Assembly: GCA_947505105.1 (NCBI GenBank)
Contig: CANNKG010000003.1
Coordinates: 987-64,986 of the forward strand
Source: Methylococcaceae bacterium
GTDB lineage: Bacteria; Pseudomonadota; Gammaproteobacteria; Methylococcales; Methylomonadaceae
Length of the DNA: 64,000 nucleotides
Direction of reading: 5' to 3'
Below, piece after piece: positions 28,781-39,515 of this stretch. Numbering within the stretch: the stretch's first letter is position 1; every line of letters starts with the position of its first letter. The notes below the pieces were generated by a model. It was given only the letters and a program-made list of their open reading frames with translations, ran no database searches and was not told the origin of the DNA. Position numbers and translations under genes: made by a program.

Positions 28781-30001
28781 TTAACCGTTGTACCGCTGAA
28801 AAATTAGCGTTGCATTCGTGCCTCCAAAGCCAAAACTGTTCGACATGATGGTATTGAGCTGCACATTATCCTCAAACTCACGCACAAACGGAATGCCGAC
28901 AGCTTGTGGATCGAGATTGACGATATTGGCCGAGGCGCTCAAGAAATTCTCCTGCATCATCAACAATGAATAAATCGATTCATTAACGCCTGCAGCCCCA
29001 AGAGCATGGCCCGTCAAGGATTTAGTAGAGCTAACCCGTGGCACATCGGCACCTGCAAACACAGTTCGCAAGGCTTCTAGTTCTTTGGTATCGCCAACCG
29101 GCGTGCTCGTGCCGTGGGCATTGATATAATCGATTTTGCCCTGAACCGTCGCCATCGCTTGCTGCATACATCGAATTGCGCCTTCTCCCGAAGGTTGCAC
29201 CATGTCGTAACCATCAGAGGTTGCACCATAGCCGACTAATTCCGCATAGATTTTAGCGCCACGCGCCAGAGCATGTTCGAGTTCTTCAACCACCAAAACG
29301 CCACCACCACCCGAAATCACAAAACCGTCACGGCTTTCATCGTAGGGTCTGGACGCCGTAGTGGGCGTATCATTATATTTTGAAGATAACGCACCCATCG
29401 CATCAAACAATACCGACATCGTCCAATGCACTTCTTCCCCGCCACCCGCAAACACAACATCCTGTTTACCCATTTGAATCAATTCCATTGCATGACCAAT
29501 GCAATGCGCGCTAGTTGCACAGGCAGAACTGATCGAGTAATTCACACCCTTAATTTTAAAAGGAGTCGCAAGACAAGCGGTATTAGTACTCGACATTGTT
29601 CTGGGCACCATGTAAGGCCCCACTTTCTTAACACCCTTACTACGTAAGATATCGGCTGCTTCAACCAAATTCGATGTCGAAGGGCCACCTGAGCCCATCA
29701 CTAAGCCGGTACGGTAATTGGAAACATCACTTTCTTCCAATCTTGAATCAACAATCGCTTGCTGCATGGCAACATAGTTAAATGCTGCGCCATCTCCCAT
29801 AAAGCGTTTAATTTTACGATCGATAAGCGTATCAAGATCGATCTTAATCGGACCGTGAACATGGCTTCTGAAACCGAGTTCGGCATATTCGTCGGCATGC
29901 ACAATACCTGATTTACCCTGTCTCAGAGACTCAACGACTTCATCCCGGTTGTTACCGATACTGGAAACTATCCCTAAACCCGTTATAACCACTCTTCTCA
30001 T
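28781..30001 (-). CDS. fabB: 3-oxoacyl-ACP synthase I (KAS I)
   Basis: [18 protein letters not shown]..., the active-site region [12 protein letters not shown], and a position directly downstream of fabA. Confidence 0.93.
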   Translation of the reverse strand: MRRVVITGLGIVSSIGNNRDEVVESLRQGKSGIVHADEYAELGFRSHVHGPIKIDLDTLIDRKIKRFMGDGAAFNYVAMQQAIVDSRLEESDVSNYRTGLVMGSGGPSTSNLVEAADILRSKGVKKVGPYMVPRTMSSTNTACLATPFKIKGVNYSISSACATSAHCIGHAMELIQMGKQDVVFAGGGEEVHWTMSVLFDAMGALSSKYNDTPTTASRPYDESRDGFVISGGGGVLVVEELEHALARGAKIYAELVGYGATSDGYDMVQPSGEGAIRCMQQAMATVQGKIDYINAHGTSTPVGDTKELEALRTVFAGADVPRVSSTKSLTGHALGAAGVNESIYSLLMMQENFLSASANIVNLDPQAVGIPFVREFEDNVQLNTIMSNSFGFGGTNATLIFQRYNG

Positions 30002-30012
30002 TGACTTAACCT

Positions 30013-30528
30013 CTAGAAGTCCTGTGTTGATGTAAATAAACCAACCCGTAAATCAGTTGCTTCATAAATCGGCTTACCATCGACTTCCATAGTTGCATCC
30101 GCGATACCCATCACCAATTTGCGCAATATCACGCGTTTTAAATTGATTCTGTAAGTGACCATCTTGGCCGTGGGTAATACTTGGCCTTTGAATTTGACCT
30201 CACCCACACCAAGCGCTCGACCTTTTCCAGGACCGCCCATCCAGCACAGGTAAAAACCAACGAGTTGCCACATCGCGTCAAGTCCAAGACAGCCCGGCAT
30301 GACCGGATCCCCTTGAAAATGACAGTCAAAAAACCACAAGTCAGGCCTTATGTCCAGTTCAGCGATAATTTCGCCCTTACCATAAGCACCACCTTCATCA
30401 GAAATATGTACGATACGATCCATCATAAGCATATTGGGCAAAGGCAACTGTGCATTGTCTGGCCCATACAATTCACCTCGGCCGGATTTTAATAACTCTT
30501 CTCGGGCGAAGCTATGCTGTTTTACCAT
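30013..30528 (-). CDS. fabA: 3-hydroxydecanoyl-ACP dehydratase/isomerase FabA
   Basis: [24 protein letters not shown] is the FabA active-site region. A start at the ATG at 30528 gives 171 aa, the normal FabA length. Confidence 0.93.
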   Translation of the reverse strand: MVKQHSFAREELLKSGRGELYGPDNAQLPLPNMLMMDRIVHISDEGGAYGKGEIIAELDIRPDLWFFDCHFQGDPVMPGCLGLDAMWQLVGFYLCWMGGPGKGRALGVGEVKFKGQVLPTAKMVTYRINLKRVILRKLVMGIADATMEVDGKPIYEATDLRVGLFTSTQDF

Positions 30529-30772
30529 TGAATTTATACCTAAATTAATTAAATTATTCTTATAATTGTGAAGTAATAGCACAGATCGCCTGTTCTCAGT
30601 GCTCCGAAGCTCGCTCTATGCACTTTACCCATCACCGAGCATGACTGCGGAAATTAAGGTGGGTTGAGGACTTGTTCGGTAAACCGACTTGCTAACCGGC
30701 TTATACAAGAAGCAAATGTGTTTCTTACGCGCGCCATTATCTTACAGACACCGAAAAAAATCAGCTCAAATT

Positions 30773-32671
30773 TTATAAAGGTGGCACATCCGGCATGAAA
30801 TCACGAATTCTAAAACTATTTTTCTGTAAACGTTGTTGATAAATAACTGCATAAGCCAAAACGGCCGATACATATTTGCGAGTTTCCTTAAACGGAATCA
30901 TTTCAATCCAGATGTCTGCCGCGACAGGATCATGCTGAGGCAACCAAGCGTCAACTCGCTTAGGACCGGCATTATACCCTGCTGCCGCTAACGCATAATG
31001 CCCATCAAAGCGTCGAACCAACTTACTGAAATAATAGGTACCATATTTAATGTTGGTTTCAGGATCCAGCAAGCTTTCGGACGAGTCCCACGGTTCTTTG
31101 AGTTCACGAGCAATCTGCATCGCAGTCGTTGGCATCAGCTGCATCAAACCTTTAGCGCCTGCCGAAGAAGAAACTTGAGCGGCAAAAGCACTTTCTTGAC
31201 GAATCAAGCCAAAAACCACCGCCGGATTCAGTGCATGTAAGTCGGCATGTTGCTGAACATAAGCTTCATATAAAATTGGAAAACGTAAATTCACATCATC
31301 CATATTTTCCGCTTTGACCACTGTAAACATGTCAATTGGTTGCCAGTGCCATTGCTGAGCAATTTTAGCGGCCACTAAAATGTGGGCTTTATCGAAACGT
31401 TTAATCAGAAACCACCACTGTGCTTCGGCGTCGCGGTCGCGATGAAAGTATCGAAATTCCTGAACGATTTTAAGTCCTTCGGAATTCAATAATTGATTGA
31501 GTTCGCTCTCCTGAACCACTACCGGATGATCCTCCAATTGATAGCCTAACTCTGCAAAGTCTGCAGCCAAAAAGCCGTAATAGTCACGCTTAGCCGCTAG
31601 GGGCCGGAAAATTTGTAGCGCCTGTTCTTTTTTATCCTGTGACCAGAGAGCTCGTGCTTGCCAATATTGCCACTTAGGTAGTGTTTGATCTTTGATGTCA
31701 AGATGCTCAACTGCTTGCTGAACATGCGCCCAATTCGATTCTTGTAGCGCCGATCTTAAGCCCCAGTCTTTAATTTCATCATCGACCAAAGTCACCTTCA
31801 TCAAGCGTTCAAACGCTCCAGTGCCTTTATCTTTGGCCAATTGCAAGGCAAGATCATGAGCGACCGCCTGCCGATGTTCTTCATCGAGACTTAACTGCCC
31901 AATGTGATTATCCCAAAGCAAGCAGGCATAACTCGGATTTTTCCGAGCCAGTTGCTGTACCAAATCCGCGAAAATTAGGCCCTGATAAGCTGGCGGCTGA
32001 CTGTTAAATTCCGGCGATTCAAACAAATTGGGGTTCGCGTGCGCTTTCAACCAAAATTTGGCGACCGACTGCTGCGGAACTGGCAACATTCCTTTCAAAA
32101 ACTCAGCTAAACGCACTCGGTCATTCTGTAAAGCTCGATCAAAACGTTGCCAAATCAGCGCAGTAGAAAACTCCGCCGAGTTTTTGAATTCGGTTAAAAT
32201 AAAATCGCACTGCGAAGGCAATTCCTCACCTCTTAGCCATAACTGTCTCGCCGTGGCTAATGCTTCGACCCGCCGCCCCGCCTGAAACTCGGCCTGTTGA
32301 TGTAAACATTGTAAATCCAGGCTGTCGGAATTACGGTAATAGCGCTCAAAATCTTCCCAGCGCCCCTGCTGAGCCAGCAAAGGTAACCACTTGATGCGCA
32401 ATTGATCGACAACGCGATTATCGGGAGACTGCTCAAGCACCTGTTGAATTTGTTCATCCTGATCAAGATGTTTTTTTAACCATTCCGCCTTGAGATAAGA
32501 CGACAACGGATAATCCTTCAGTTCATCCAGCAGTGTCAAAAACTCAGCAGTATTATTCTGTCTGAGCAACTGTTCAGCGCGCAAAAAATCCAGGCGCTGC
32601 CGATCCAATTCCGCAGCCGAAACCCAAAAACTGACAACCCAAAACAACCCTATAAAACCAAGCCACCGCAT
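30773..32671 (-). CDS. slt: Soluble lytic murein transglycosylase (Slt70-like)
   Basis: It has a signal peptide, a long alpha-superhelical N-terminal region and the catalytic segment IRQESAF...GAKGLMQLMPTTA. Confidence 0.88.
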   Translation of the reverse strand: MRWLGFIGLFWVVSFWVSAAELDRQRLDFLRAEQLLRQNNTAEFLTLLDELKDYPLSSYLKAEWLKKHLDQDEQIQQVLEQSPDNRVVDQLRIKWLPLLAQQGRWEDFERYYRNSDSLDLQCLHQQAEFQAGRRVEALATARQLWLRGEELPSQCDFILTEFKNSAEFSTALIWQRFDRALQNDRVRLAEFLKGMLPVPQQSVAKFWLKAHANPNLFESPEFNSQPPAYQGLIFADLVQQLARKNPSYACLLWDNHIGQLSLDEEHRQAVAHDLALQLAKDKGTGAFERLMKVTLVDDEIKDWGLRSALQESNWAHVQQAVEHLDIKDQTLPKWQYWQARALWSQDKKEQALQIFRPLAAKRDYYGFLAADFAELGYQLEDHPVVVQESELNQLLNSEGLKIVQEFRYFHRDRDAEAQWWFLIKRFDKAHILVAAKIAQQWHWQPIDMFTVVKAENMDDVNLRFPILYEAYVQQHADLHALNPAVVFGLIRQESAFAAQVSSSAGAKGLMQLMPTTAMQIARELKEPWDSSESLLDPETNIKYGTYYFSKLVRRFDGHYALAAAGYNAGPKRVDAWLPQHDPVAADIWIEMIPFKETRKYVSAVLAYAVIYQQRLQKNSFRIRDFMPDVPPL

Positions 32672-32770
32672 TAAAATACTATCCTCATTAAGTTGATCAT
32701 CCCTACGCTATTCCTAAACCTTACCCACACCGCTATAATGAAACATCACTCCACCATGTCCTAAACTTCT

Positions 32771-34570
32771 GTGCGAACCCGAAAATTCAAGTCGACGGCC
32801 AATGACTATACTTGGCGCTACATCTACCACATCGCCCTCAACCACAAAAAAGAACTTATCTTTGCCCACATTATCGCGATTCTAAGTACCCTTGCCAGCG
32901 TCCCGGTTCCTTTGTTAATGCCGTTATTAGTCGATGAAGTGCTGCTTAATAAACCCGGCATCAGCATTAAAACCATCAATTTGCTGACACCTCAAGACTG
33001 GCAGTCGCCGATGCTGTATATTGGAGTCGTATTAGTTGTCAGCTTGCTATTACGCATTATCAGCATCATCTTCGGCATCATGCAAACCAAACAGTTTTGC
33101 ATAATTTCGAAAGATATCATTTTTCATATTCGTAGTCGCCAAATCAAGCACCTGCAGACGATTTCGATGTCCGAATATGAAACACTCGGCACCGGCACCG
33201 TGGTCACCAATCTGGTGACCGATCTCGATACCCTGGACAATTTCATCGGCTCCACAATCAGTAAATTGTTGATTGCGATTCTGACTGTCATCGGCACTGC
33301 CATCATACTCTTGTGGATGCACTGGCAACTGGGTGTATTTATTTTACTCCTTAATCCGCTGGTGATCTATTTTACGCGCAGTATCGGCAGTCGCGTCAAA
33401 ACCCTCAAAAGTAAAGAAAATTCAGCCTATGAAATTTTCCAACAAGCATTGACCGAAACCCTGAGCGCAATCCATCAAATCCGCGCCAGCAACCGGGAAG
33501 CGCATTATTGCCAGCAATTGATCAATTCGGCGCTACAGGTTAAAAACCATGCCATTAACTATGCCTGGCAGAGCGATGCGGCCGGGCGCATCAGTTTCCT
33601 GATTTTTTTGTTCGGTTTTGATATTTTTAGAGCCTGCAGCATGATGATGGTGTTTTACTCTGACTTAAGCATCGGTGAGATGCTGGCAGTGTTCGGCTAT
33701 TTATGGTTCATGATGGCGCCAGTGCAGGAAATTTTGAACATCCAGTATGCTTTTTTTTCGGCAAAAGCGGCGTTAATGCGCATCAATCAATTACAAGCCT
33801 TAGAACAAGAGCCCATCTATCCGCACCAGAAAAATCCGTTCAAGAAAACCAAAACTGTTGCGATTGATATTAAAAATCTTCATTTCAGCTATGGCGACGA
33901 ACCGGTTTTGAATGGCATCAATCTGCATATCCGAGCAGGGGAAAAAGTTGCCCTGGTCGGTGCCAGTGGCGGCGGTAAATCGACCTTGATCCAAACCCTG
34001 ATCGGTCTTTATCCGGCCAATAGCGGGATGATTTATTACAACGGCGTACCACTTGATCAAATCGGTCTGGACATTGTCCGTGAACATGTGTGCACAGTCC
34101 TGCAGCATCCGATTCTATTCAATGACACGGTACGCGCTAATTTGACGCTCGGACGCGACATTGACGATGCCTCTTTGTGGCAAGCGCTGCAAACCGCGCA
34201 ATTAAAAGACATCATCGCCCATCTGCAAACCGGCCTCGATACCATCGTCGGTCGCCAAGGTATGCGTTTATCAGGCGGCCAGCGCCAACGCATGGCAATC
34301 GCACGCATGATCGTCCAAAATCCAAGCGTTGTGATTCTCGACGAAGCAACTTCAGCGCTCGATGCCGAAACTGAATACCATTTACACAACGCCCTGTCTG
34401 AATTTCTCAACGGTCGCACCACAATCATCATCGCTCATCGCCTAAGCGCCGTAAAACAGGCCGATCATGTATACGTTTTCGAAGAAGGTCGAATCTGCGA
34501 ACAAGGCAAGCACACTACGTTAATTCAGCAAAACGGTCTGTATGCAAAACTTTATGGAGAGTATCAATAA
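32771..34570 (+). CDS. ABC exporter, fused permease-ATPase (MsbA/ABCB-type half transporter)
   Basis: It has six N-terminal TM helices, then GASGGGKST, LSGGQRQRMAIAR and ILDEATSALD. The start codon is GTG. Confidence 0.85.
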   Translation: MRTRKFKSTANDYTWRYIYHIALNHKKELIFAHIIAILSTLASVPVPLLMPLLVDEVLLNKPGISIKTINLLTPQDWQSPMLYIGVVLVVSLLLRIISIIFGIMQTKQFCIISKDIIFHIRSRQIKHLQTISMSEYETLGTGTVVTNLVTDLDTLDNFIGSTISKLLIAILTVIGTAIILLWMHWQLGVFILLLNPLVIYFTRSIGSRVKTLKSKENSAYEIFQQALTETLSAIHQIRASNREAHYCQQLINSALQVKNHAINYAWQSDAAGRISFLIFLFGFDIFRACSMMMVFYSDLSIGEMLAVFGYLWFMMAPVQEILNIQYAFFSAKAALMRINQLQALEQEPIYPHQKNPFKKTKTVAIDIKNLHFSYGDEPVLNGINLHIRAGEKVALVGASGGGKSTLIQTLIGLYPANSGMIYYNGVPLDQIGLDIVREHVCTVLQHPILFNDTVRANLTLGRDIDDASLWQALQTAQLKDIIAHLQTGLDTIVGRQGMRLSGGQRQRMAIARMIVQNPSVVILDEATSALDAETEYHLHNALSEFLNGRTTIIIAHRLSAVKQADHVYVFEEGRICEQGKHTTLIQQNGLYAKLYGEYQ

Positions 34571-34626
34571 ACAGTGTTATTGTTTTGTTAACCTTACCGA
34601 TGCAAATCATCTTCCGAAGAAATTCA

Positions 34627-35463
34627 ATGTCAAGCCACTACGATTTACACTGTCATTCAACTGCCTCAGACGGCAATTTGTCGCCAACACAACTCATTTC
34701 CCGCGCGCATCAACAAGGCGTCACCCATCTGGCACTCACCGATCACGATACCACTCAAGGTCTTGCAGAAGCAGCGATTGCTGCAGCCGAATTCAAGCTG
34801 AATTTAATTCCGGGCATTGAAATTTCAACCACTTGGCATAGTCATTCGCTACATATCGTCGGTCTGAATTTTAATCCGCTCGATTCAGGACTTCAGGCAG
34901 GCATTAAAAATTTACAAAACACCCGCGTTGAACGCGCCCAAAAAATCGCCGAAAAATTAGCCAAAAAACACATCCCCGATGCCTATGCTGCCGTTTGTAA
35001 AGCCGCAGCGTCCGGGATGATTACCCGTAGCCATTTCGCGGATTTTTTATTAAAACAGCATCACGTCGACACCCAACAGGAAGCTTTTGATCGCTACTTG
35101 GGCCAAGGTAAACCGGCCTATGTTTCAACCCACTGGGCGAGTCTCGAAGAGGCTATTGGATGGATCACTCAAGCCGGTGGCGTTGCTGTTCTGGCGCACC
35201 CGATGCGCTATAAACTAAGCGCCAATTGGATGAATCGACTGCTAAGCCATTTCAAGGAAGTAGGCGGCATGGCCGTTGAAATTGTGACAGGCCGCAGTTC
35301 AGTGGATGAAATCAAGCAACTCGAACTATACCTAAAACGCTATGAATTGCATGGCTCGGTCGGTTCCGATTTTCATAGCTCCACCAATCAATGGGTTGAG
35401 TTGGGACGCTTAAAATCAATACCTGAGCGTATCAAACCCGTTTGGGAATTATTTTCGGCTTAA
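34627..35463 (+). CDS. trpH: PHP-domain phosphoesterase (TrpH/YciV, RNase AM-like)
   Basis: YDLHCHSTASDG...LALTDHDT is the PHP metal-binding motif set. I placed the start at the ATG at 34627. Confidence 0.85.
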   Translation: MSSHYDLHCHSTASDGNLSPTQLISRAHQQGVTHLALTDHDTTQGLAEAAIAAAEFKLNLIPGIEISTTWHSHSLHIVGLNFNPLDSGLQAGIKNLQNTRVERAQKIAEKLAKKHIPDAYAAVCKAAASGMITRSHFADFLLKQHHVDTQQEAFDRYLGQGKPAYVSTHWASLEEAIGWITQAGGVAVLAHPMRYKLSANWMNRLLSHFKEVGGMAVEIVTGRSSVDEIKQLELYLKRYELHGSVGSDFHSSTNQWVELGRLKSIPERIKPVWELFSA

Positions 35464-35473
35464 GCCATCAAAA

Positions 35474-36751
35474 TTGAGAACGCCTTCCTTGAATGAATTT
35501 TTCAACGCCATTCCGCCATTACTAATCCACTTCGTGGTCACTCTCGCGTTTTCCTTTGTAGTCGGACTCGAATTTCGTCGCTACCAGCACACCAATAATT
35601 ATCGGTTTCATTTCGGCAGCACACGCACCGTCGTATTGGTCGGCTTATTGGGTTTGATTCTCTACAATCTTGATCCTACTCGTCTGTTGTTTGTCATCGG
35701 CCTAGTTTCGTTAAGCAGCTTCCTGATGATTTATTACTGGCATTTGGCCACTGAAAAACTTTTCTCATTGTTCAGTGCGCTGCTGACCTTGCTGATTTAT
35801 CTGATCGGACCGATTGCCACCGACTTTCCGAACTGGTTTTTAGTGTTGTTCATCGTGGTCCTGATTTTGATTTTGAGTGAGAAACCGTTAATTCATCGAA
35901 TTTCCGACCAACTCGCCAACGAGGAAATGGTCACGCTCGCCAAATTTTTGATTATATCAGGCGTCGTGCTCCCGCTCCTACCCGATCAACCGATTGCCGC
36001 GATGCTCCCGGTCACCTATTACAAAGTCTGGTTTGCGGTCATTATCGTCTCGGGTTTTTCCTACTTAAGCTATCTTTGTAACAGTTACTTCTTTAAGAGT
36101 CGCAGCCTCTTAATTACCGGATTCTTAAGCGGCCTGTATTCAAGTACCGTTGCGACGATCGTGATCAGCCGACGCGCAAAAAACCTAAGCTACCCAACTC
36201 GCCATGTCTCCGCCGCCTTGATAATCGCCACGATAATGATGTATCTGCGGCTCTTATGCATTATTTATTTGTTCGACTCGGGCGCAGGCAACATCCTGCT
36301 CGTTCCATTTCTGGGCATTATTTTATTATCCTTGATCGTCGTCCTTATTCTGCTGCATTTTCAAAATCATAGCTCTGAATTACACCCGACTGAAAACATC
36401 CAGCATCCGTTGGAACTGTCGACCGCAATACTCTTTGCGGCACTGTTTGTTCTCTTTACTTTTTTGACGCAATGGGTCATCAACCAACACGGCAGCCATG
36501 GTTTAAATTTTCTGGCGATAATCGTCGGCTTTACCGATATCGACCCCTTTATCCTGTCGCTCCTGAGTGGAAAATTTCATGTCAATGACGCAACAATTGT
36601 TTCGGCAGTGATTTTGGCGACAGGCAGCAATAATCTGCTCAAAGCAACCTATGCCCTGGCGCTGGCAAGAAACCGCTCAGTTTATTTGGCCGCAATCTGG
36701 TTGAGTTTATTGTTTTTGGTATCTATTATTTATGCTTACCAGTTGGGATAG
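35474..36751 (+). CDS. MgtC/SapB-like N-terminal domain plus DUF4010 polytopic membrane protein
   Basis: It is highly hydrophobic over 425 aa and has the motif VGLEFRRY near the N-terminus. The TTG start is uncertain. Confidence 0.65.
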   Translation: MRTPSLNEFFNAIPPLLIHFVVTLAFSFVVGLEFRRYQHTNNYRFHFGSTRTVVLVGLLGLILYNLDPTRLLFVIGLVSLSSFLMIYYWHLATEKLFSLFSALLTLLIYLIGPIATDFPNWFLVLFIVVLILILSEKPLIHRISDQLANEEMVTLAKFLIISGVVLPLLPDQPIAAMLPVTYYKVWFAVIIVSGFSYLSYLCNSYFFKSRSLLITGFLSGLYSSTVATIVISRRAKNLSYPTRHVSAALIIATIMMYLRLLCIIYLFDSGAGNILLVPFLGIILLSLIVVLILLHFQNHSSELHPTENIQHPLELSTAILFAALFVLFTFLTQWVINQHGSHGLNFLAIIVGFTDIDPFILSLLSGKFHVNDATIVSAVILATGSNNLLKATYALALARNRSVYLAAIWLSLLFLVSIIYAYQLG

Positions 36752-36854
36752 CATTTACACATACACCAAACTACTGCAATTCTATACAGAAATACTTATC
36801 GCCCCTAGTGATAAAATAACACCTTCTGAAATCAAATTTTAAGGAGCGCCGATC

Positions 36855-37880
36855 ATGGCTTTAGTATCATTGCGACAACTCTTGGATTATGCGGCGGAAC
36901 ATCAGTTTGCCGTTCCTGCTTTCAATGTGAGCAATATGGAGCAAGTCCAAGCGATTATGCAAGCCGCCGACGTCTCCGATAGTCCGGTCATTATGCAAGG
37001 ATCGGCCGGGGCTAATAACTATGCAGGCGAGGTATTTTTGCGCCATTTGATTCTGGCTGCAGTTGAACGTTATCCGCATATTCCACTGGTCATGCATAGA
37101 GATCACGGGCCAACACCGGATATTTGCGCTCAAGCGATTCAATCAGGCTTCAGTTCGGTAATGATGGATGGCTCTTTGCTTGATGATATGAAAACCCCGG
37201 CTTCATTTGAATATAACGTGACGGCTACCCGAACCGTGGTCCAGATGGCGCATGCCTGCGGCGTATCGGTTGAGGGGGAAATCGGTTGTTTGGGTGCCTT
37301 GGAAGCCACACAAGATGGTACACCAGTTGATCACGGCCGGTTGTTAACCGATCCCGATGAAGCGGTTGAGTTTGTCAAACAAACTCAGATCGATGCTTTA
37401 GCGGTTGCGATTGGCACGAGTCACGGTGCTTATAAATTCAGCAAACCACCAACCGGAGAAGTACTGGTGATTAGCCGCTTACAAGCTTTGCAACAACGCT
37501 TACCTAATATGCACTTCGTCATGCATGGTTCCAGTTCAGTGCCACAAGAATGGCTAAAAATAATTAACGATTATGGTGGAGAGATTCCCCAAACCTATGG
37601 TGTACCAGTGGCTGAAATTGTGGAAGGCATTAAATATGGCGTTCGCAAGGTGAATATCGATACTGACTTACGCATGGCTTCTACGGGGGCGATCCGTCGT
37701 TTTGTCGCACAGCGTGAAAATGCTTCCGAGTTAGACGCCCGCAAGATTTATAAAGCAGCAAGAGATGCCATGCAAACACTGTGTCAGGAACGTTATGAAG
37801 CCTTTGGTTCTGCCGGACACGCCAGTAAAATTAAAGCGATCCCATTGAATGAAATGGCTAGACGTTATCGTTTACGATAA
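36855..37880 (+). CDS. fba: Class II fructose-1,6-bisphosphate aldolase
   Basis: LLDYAAEHQFAVPAFNVSNMEQ, HRDHG and GTSHGAYKF are canonical class II FBA motifs. Confidence 0.93.
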   Translation: MALVSLRQLLDYAAEHQFAVPAFNVSNMEQVQAIMQAADVSDSPVIMQGSAGANNYAGEVFLRHLILAAVERYPHIPLVMHRDHGPTPDICAQAIQSGFSSVMMDGSLLDDMKTPASFEYNVTATRTVVQMAHACGVSVEGEIGCLGALEATQDGTPVDHGRLLTDPDEAVEFVKQTQIDALAVAIGTSHGAYKFSKPPTGEVLVISRLQALQQRLPNMHFVMHGSSSVPQEWLKIINDYGGEIPQTYGVPVAEIVEGIKYGVRKVNIDTDLRMASTGAIRRFVAQRENASELDARKIYKAARDAMQTLCQERYEAFGSAGHASKIKAIPLNEMARRYRLR

Positions 37881-37924
37881 AGAAACAAATCTGCTATTCG
37901 ATAGATAATCTACCTAAATTAAAT

Positions 37925-38383
37925 TTAACGCCTTAACAGTTCCAAGGTTTTAAGATCTCGCTCGCCATGAAAATATTTGTCAAGCAATCTACCAAATAAT
38001 GGCTGTGCATTCGGCAATGCAGCAAACAGAGTCATGGAAGACATAAATTTGAGATTGTCAGGGTAACCGAAAATATCGGCGATAGAATACCCTTGTGACA
38101 CATCGACAATATTCGCACATTCGACCAATCTTGCTCCCAAAAGCGGATGGTTCAAATAATGCTGAGCCTCCTCAAGATTCTTGAGGGCAAAATGTTTTGA
38201 AATAGGACTAAAACCTAAACCGTCCAATTGTGGAAAAATAAACCACATCCAGTGGGTTCGTTTGCGTCCGCTCCGCAACTCGGTCAATACCGTTGCATAA
38301 ACATCTTCCTGGGAACGGATAAAACGCCCTAAATCGAAAGGATCATTGGAAGAGAGATGATTACTGCTATGGATCATGTTCAA
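37925..38383 (-). CDS. DUF1810 family protein
   Basis: DPFDLGRFIRSQEDVYATVLTELRSGRKRTHWMWFIFPQ matches the DUF1810 signature as I recall it. Confidence 0.75.
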   Translation of the reverse strand: MNMIHSSNHLSSNDPFDLGRFIRSQEDVYATVLTELRSGRKRTHWMWFIFPQLDGLGFSPISKHFALKNLEEAQHYLNHPLLGARLVECANIVDVSQGYSIADIFGYPDNLKFMSSMTLFAALPNAQPLFGRLLDKYFHGERDLKTLELLRR

Positions 38384-38629
38384 ATACCTATCGCGTTAAG
38401 TGATTGAGTTTAAAAACCCTTCGCATTGGATGCTATAGAATAGTAACTACTCGCCCCTCAAATTTTTGTGAGTGTAGCTGCTTGATTATAAAGAGTGCGA
38501 GTAGATACCTAGAAATAGAGTGTTCAATAATAGCGTATTCCAGCAAGTAAAAAACCTTCTTGTATCATCACTTCAATCTGTTGCATGATACGAATATTCA
38601 ATAATTTGATTTAAATAACAGGTATTCTT

Positions 38630-39496
38630 ATGGGTATTTTTCGATTGATGCTGTTAGCATTGTCATTTAATAGCTTTGCTGCTGATTACACCTTCGAACA
38701 GATCAGTGCAATTCATCCCAAGTTTATCCAATTCACAGGCCTAAATAATAAAACCTGGTCTAACCATGTCCTCGAGTGGTGGTATAACCCTCGAAATCAA
38801 CCGTTAACCACTGAACAGAGTATCGAAGCGATTTCCCAGGCGACCCTGGCTTGGCAAAATATCAGTGGCATTACCTTCGTTTACCGGGGCATTACCAATC
38901 AGGCATTGTCCAACCAACGCGATGATAAATTCGTGATCGGCTGGCTGGATTCAGCAACATTCCTGAGTCGTTTTGGGGATTATTCAGGTTATACCCATGT
39001 CTGGTGGTTCAACGACATCGTCGATGGCGAACTCAGTTTAAATGAAGCCGATACTGCAATCAGTAGTTCGGTCAGTGAGCTTCAAGGTTTGGTGACCCAT
39101 GAACTGGGTCACGCGCTCGGTCTCGATCACTCGGATGATCCGGATTCAATCATGTATACCCCTTACCATAGTTATGCTTATCAGAGGATTTTACGCACCG
39201 ATGACGTCAATGCCGCTCGTCATTTATATCCGTGTTCTGGCTGTGGCGATTGGTTCAGAATCATGAACTATGCAGAATCCGCCTATGCTGATCTCTTTAA
39301 TTCAGCCAATCAACAAACAATTACCTTAGCACCCTGGGTTGCCAGATTCTATCCTGATAGCGCTACTTACCTCGGTTACAACACTAACGACAGTCATTTC
39401 TATATTCTGACTCAGGGCATTCAACCTGCCCTACCTCAGCAATTACCCGGTACGCTGGCCGAATATCTGGATCTAGCAATTCAGAATGGTTTTTAA
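38630..39496 (+). CDS. Secreted matrixin-type (M10) zinc metalloprotease with a C-terminal extension
   Basis: It has a signal peptide (LMLLALSFNSFAADY), the zinc motif HELGHALGLDHS and the Met-turn SIMY. Confidence 0.85.
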   Translation: MGIFRLMLLALSFNSFAADYTFEQISAIHPKFIQFTGLNNKTWSNHVLEWWYNPRNQPLTTEQSIEAISQATLAWQNISGITFVYRGITNQALSNQRDDKFVIGWLDSATFLSRFGDYSGYTHVWWFNDIVDGELSLNEADTAISSSVSELQGLVTHELGHALGLDHSDDPDSIMYTPYHSYAYQRILRTDDVNAARHLYPCSGCGDWFRIMNYAESAYADLFNSANQQTITLAPWVARFYPDSATYLGYNTNDSHFYILTQGIQPALPQQLPGTLAEYLDLAIQNGF

Positions 39497-39515
39497 TGTG
39501 GGGCAAACTGAAAAT

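Noticed and set aside
38447-38610. Short inverted repeats upstream of the matrixin gene (TACTCGC...GCGAGTA; GTATCAT...ATGATAC)
   Set aside because: They have only 7-bp arms with long spacers in AT-rich DNA, which is compatible with chance.
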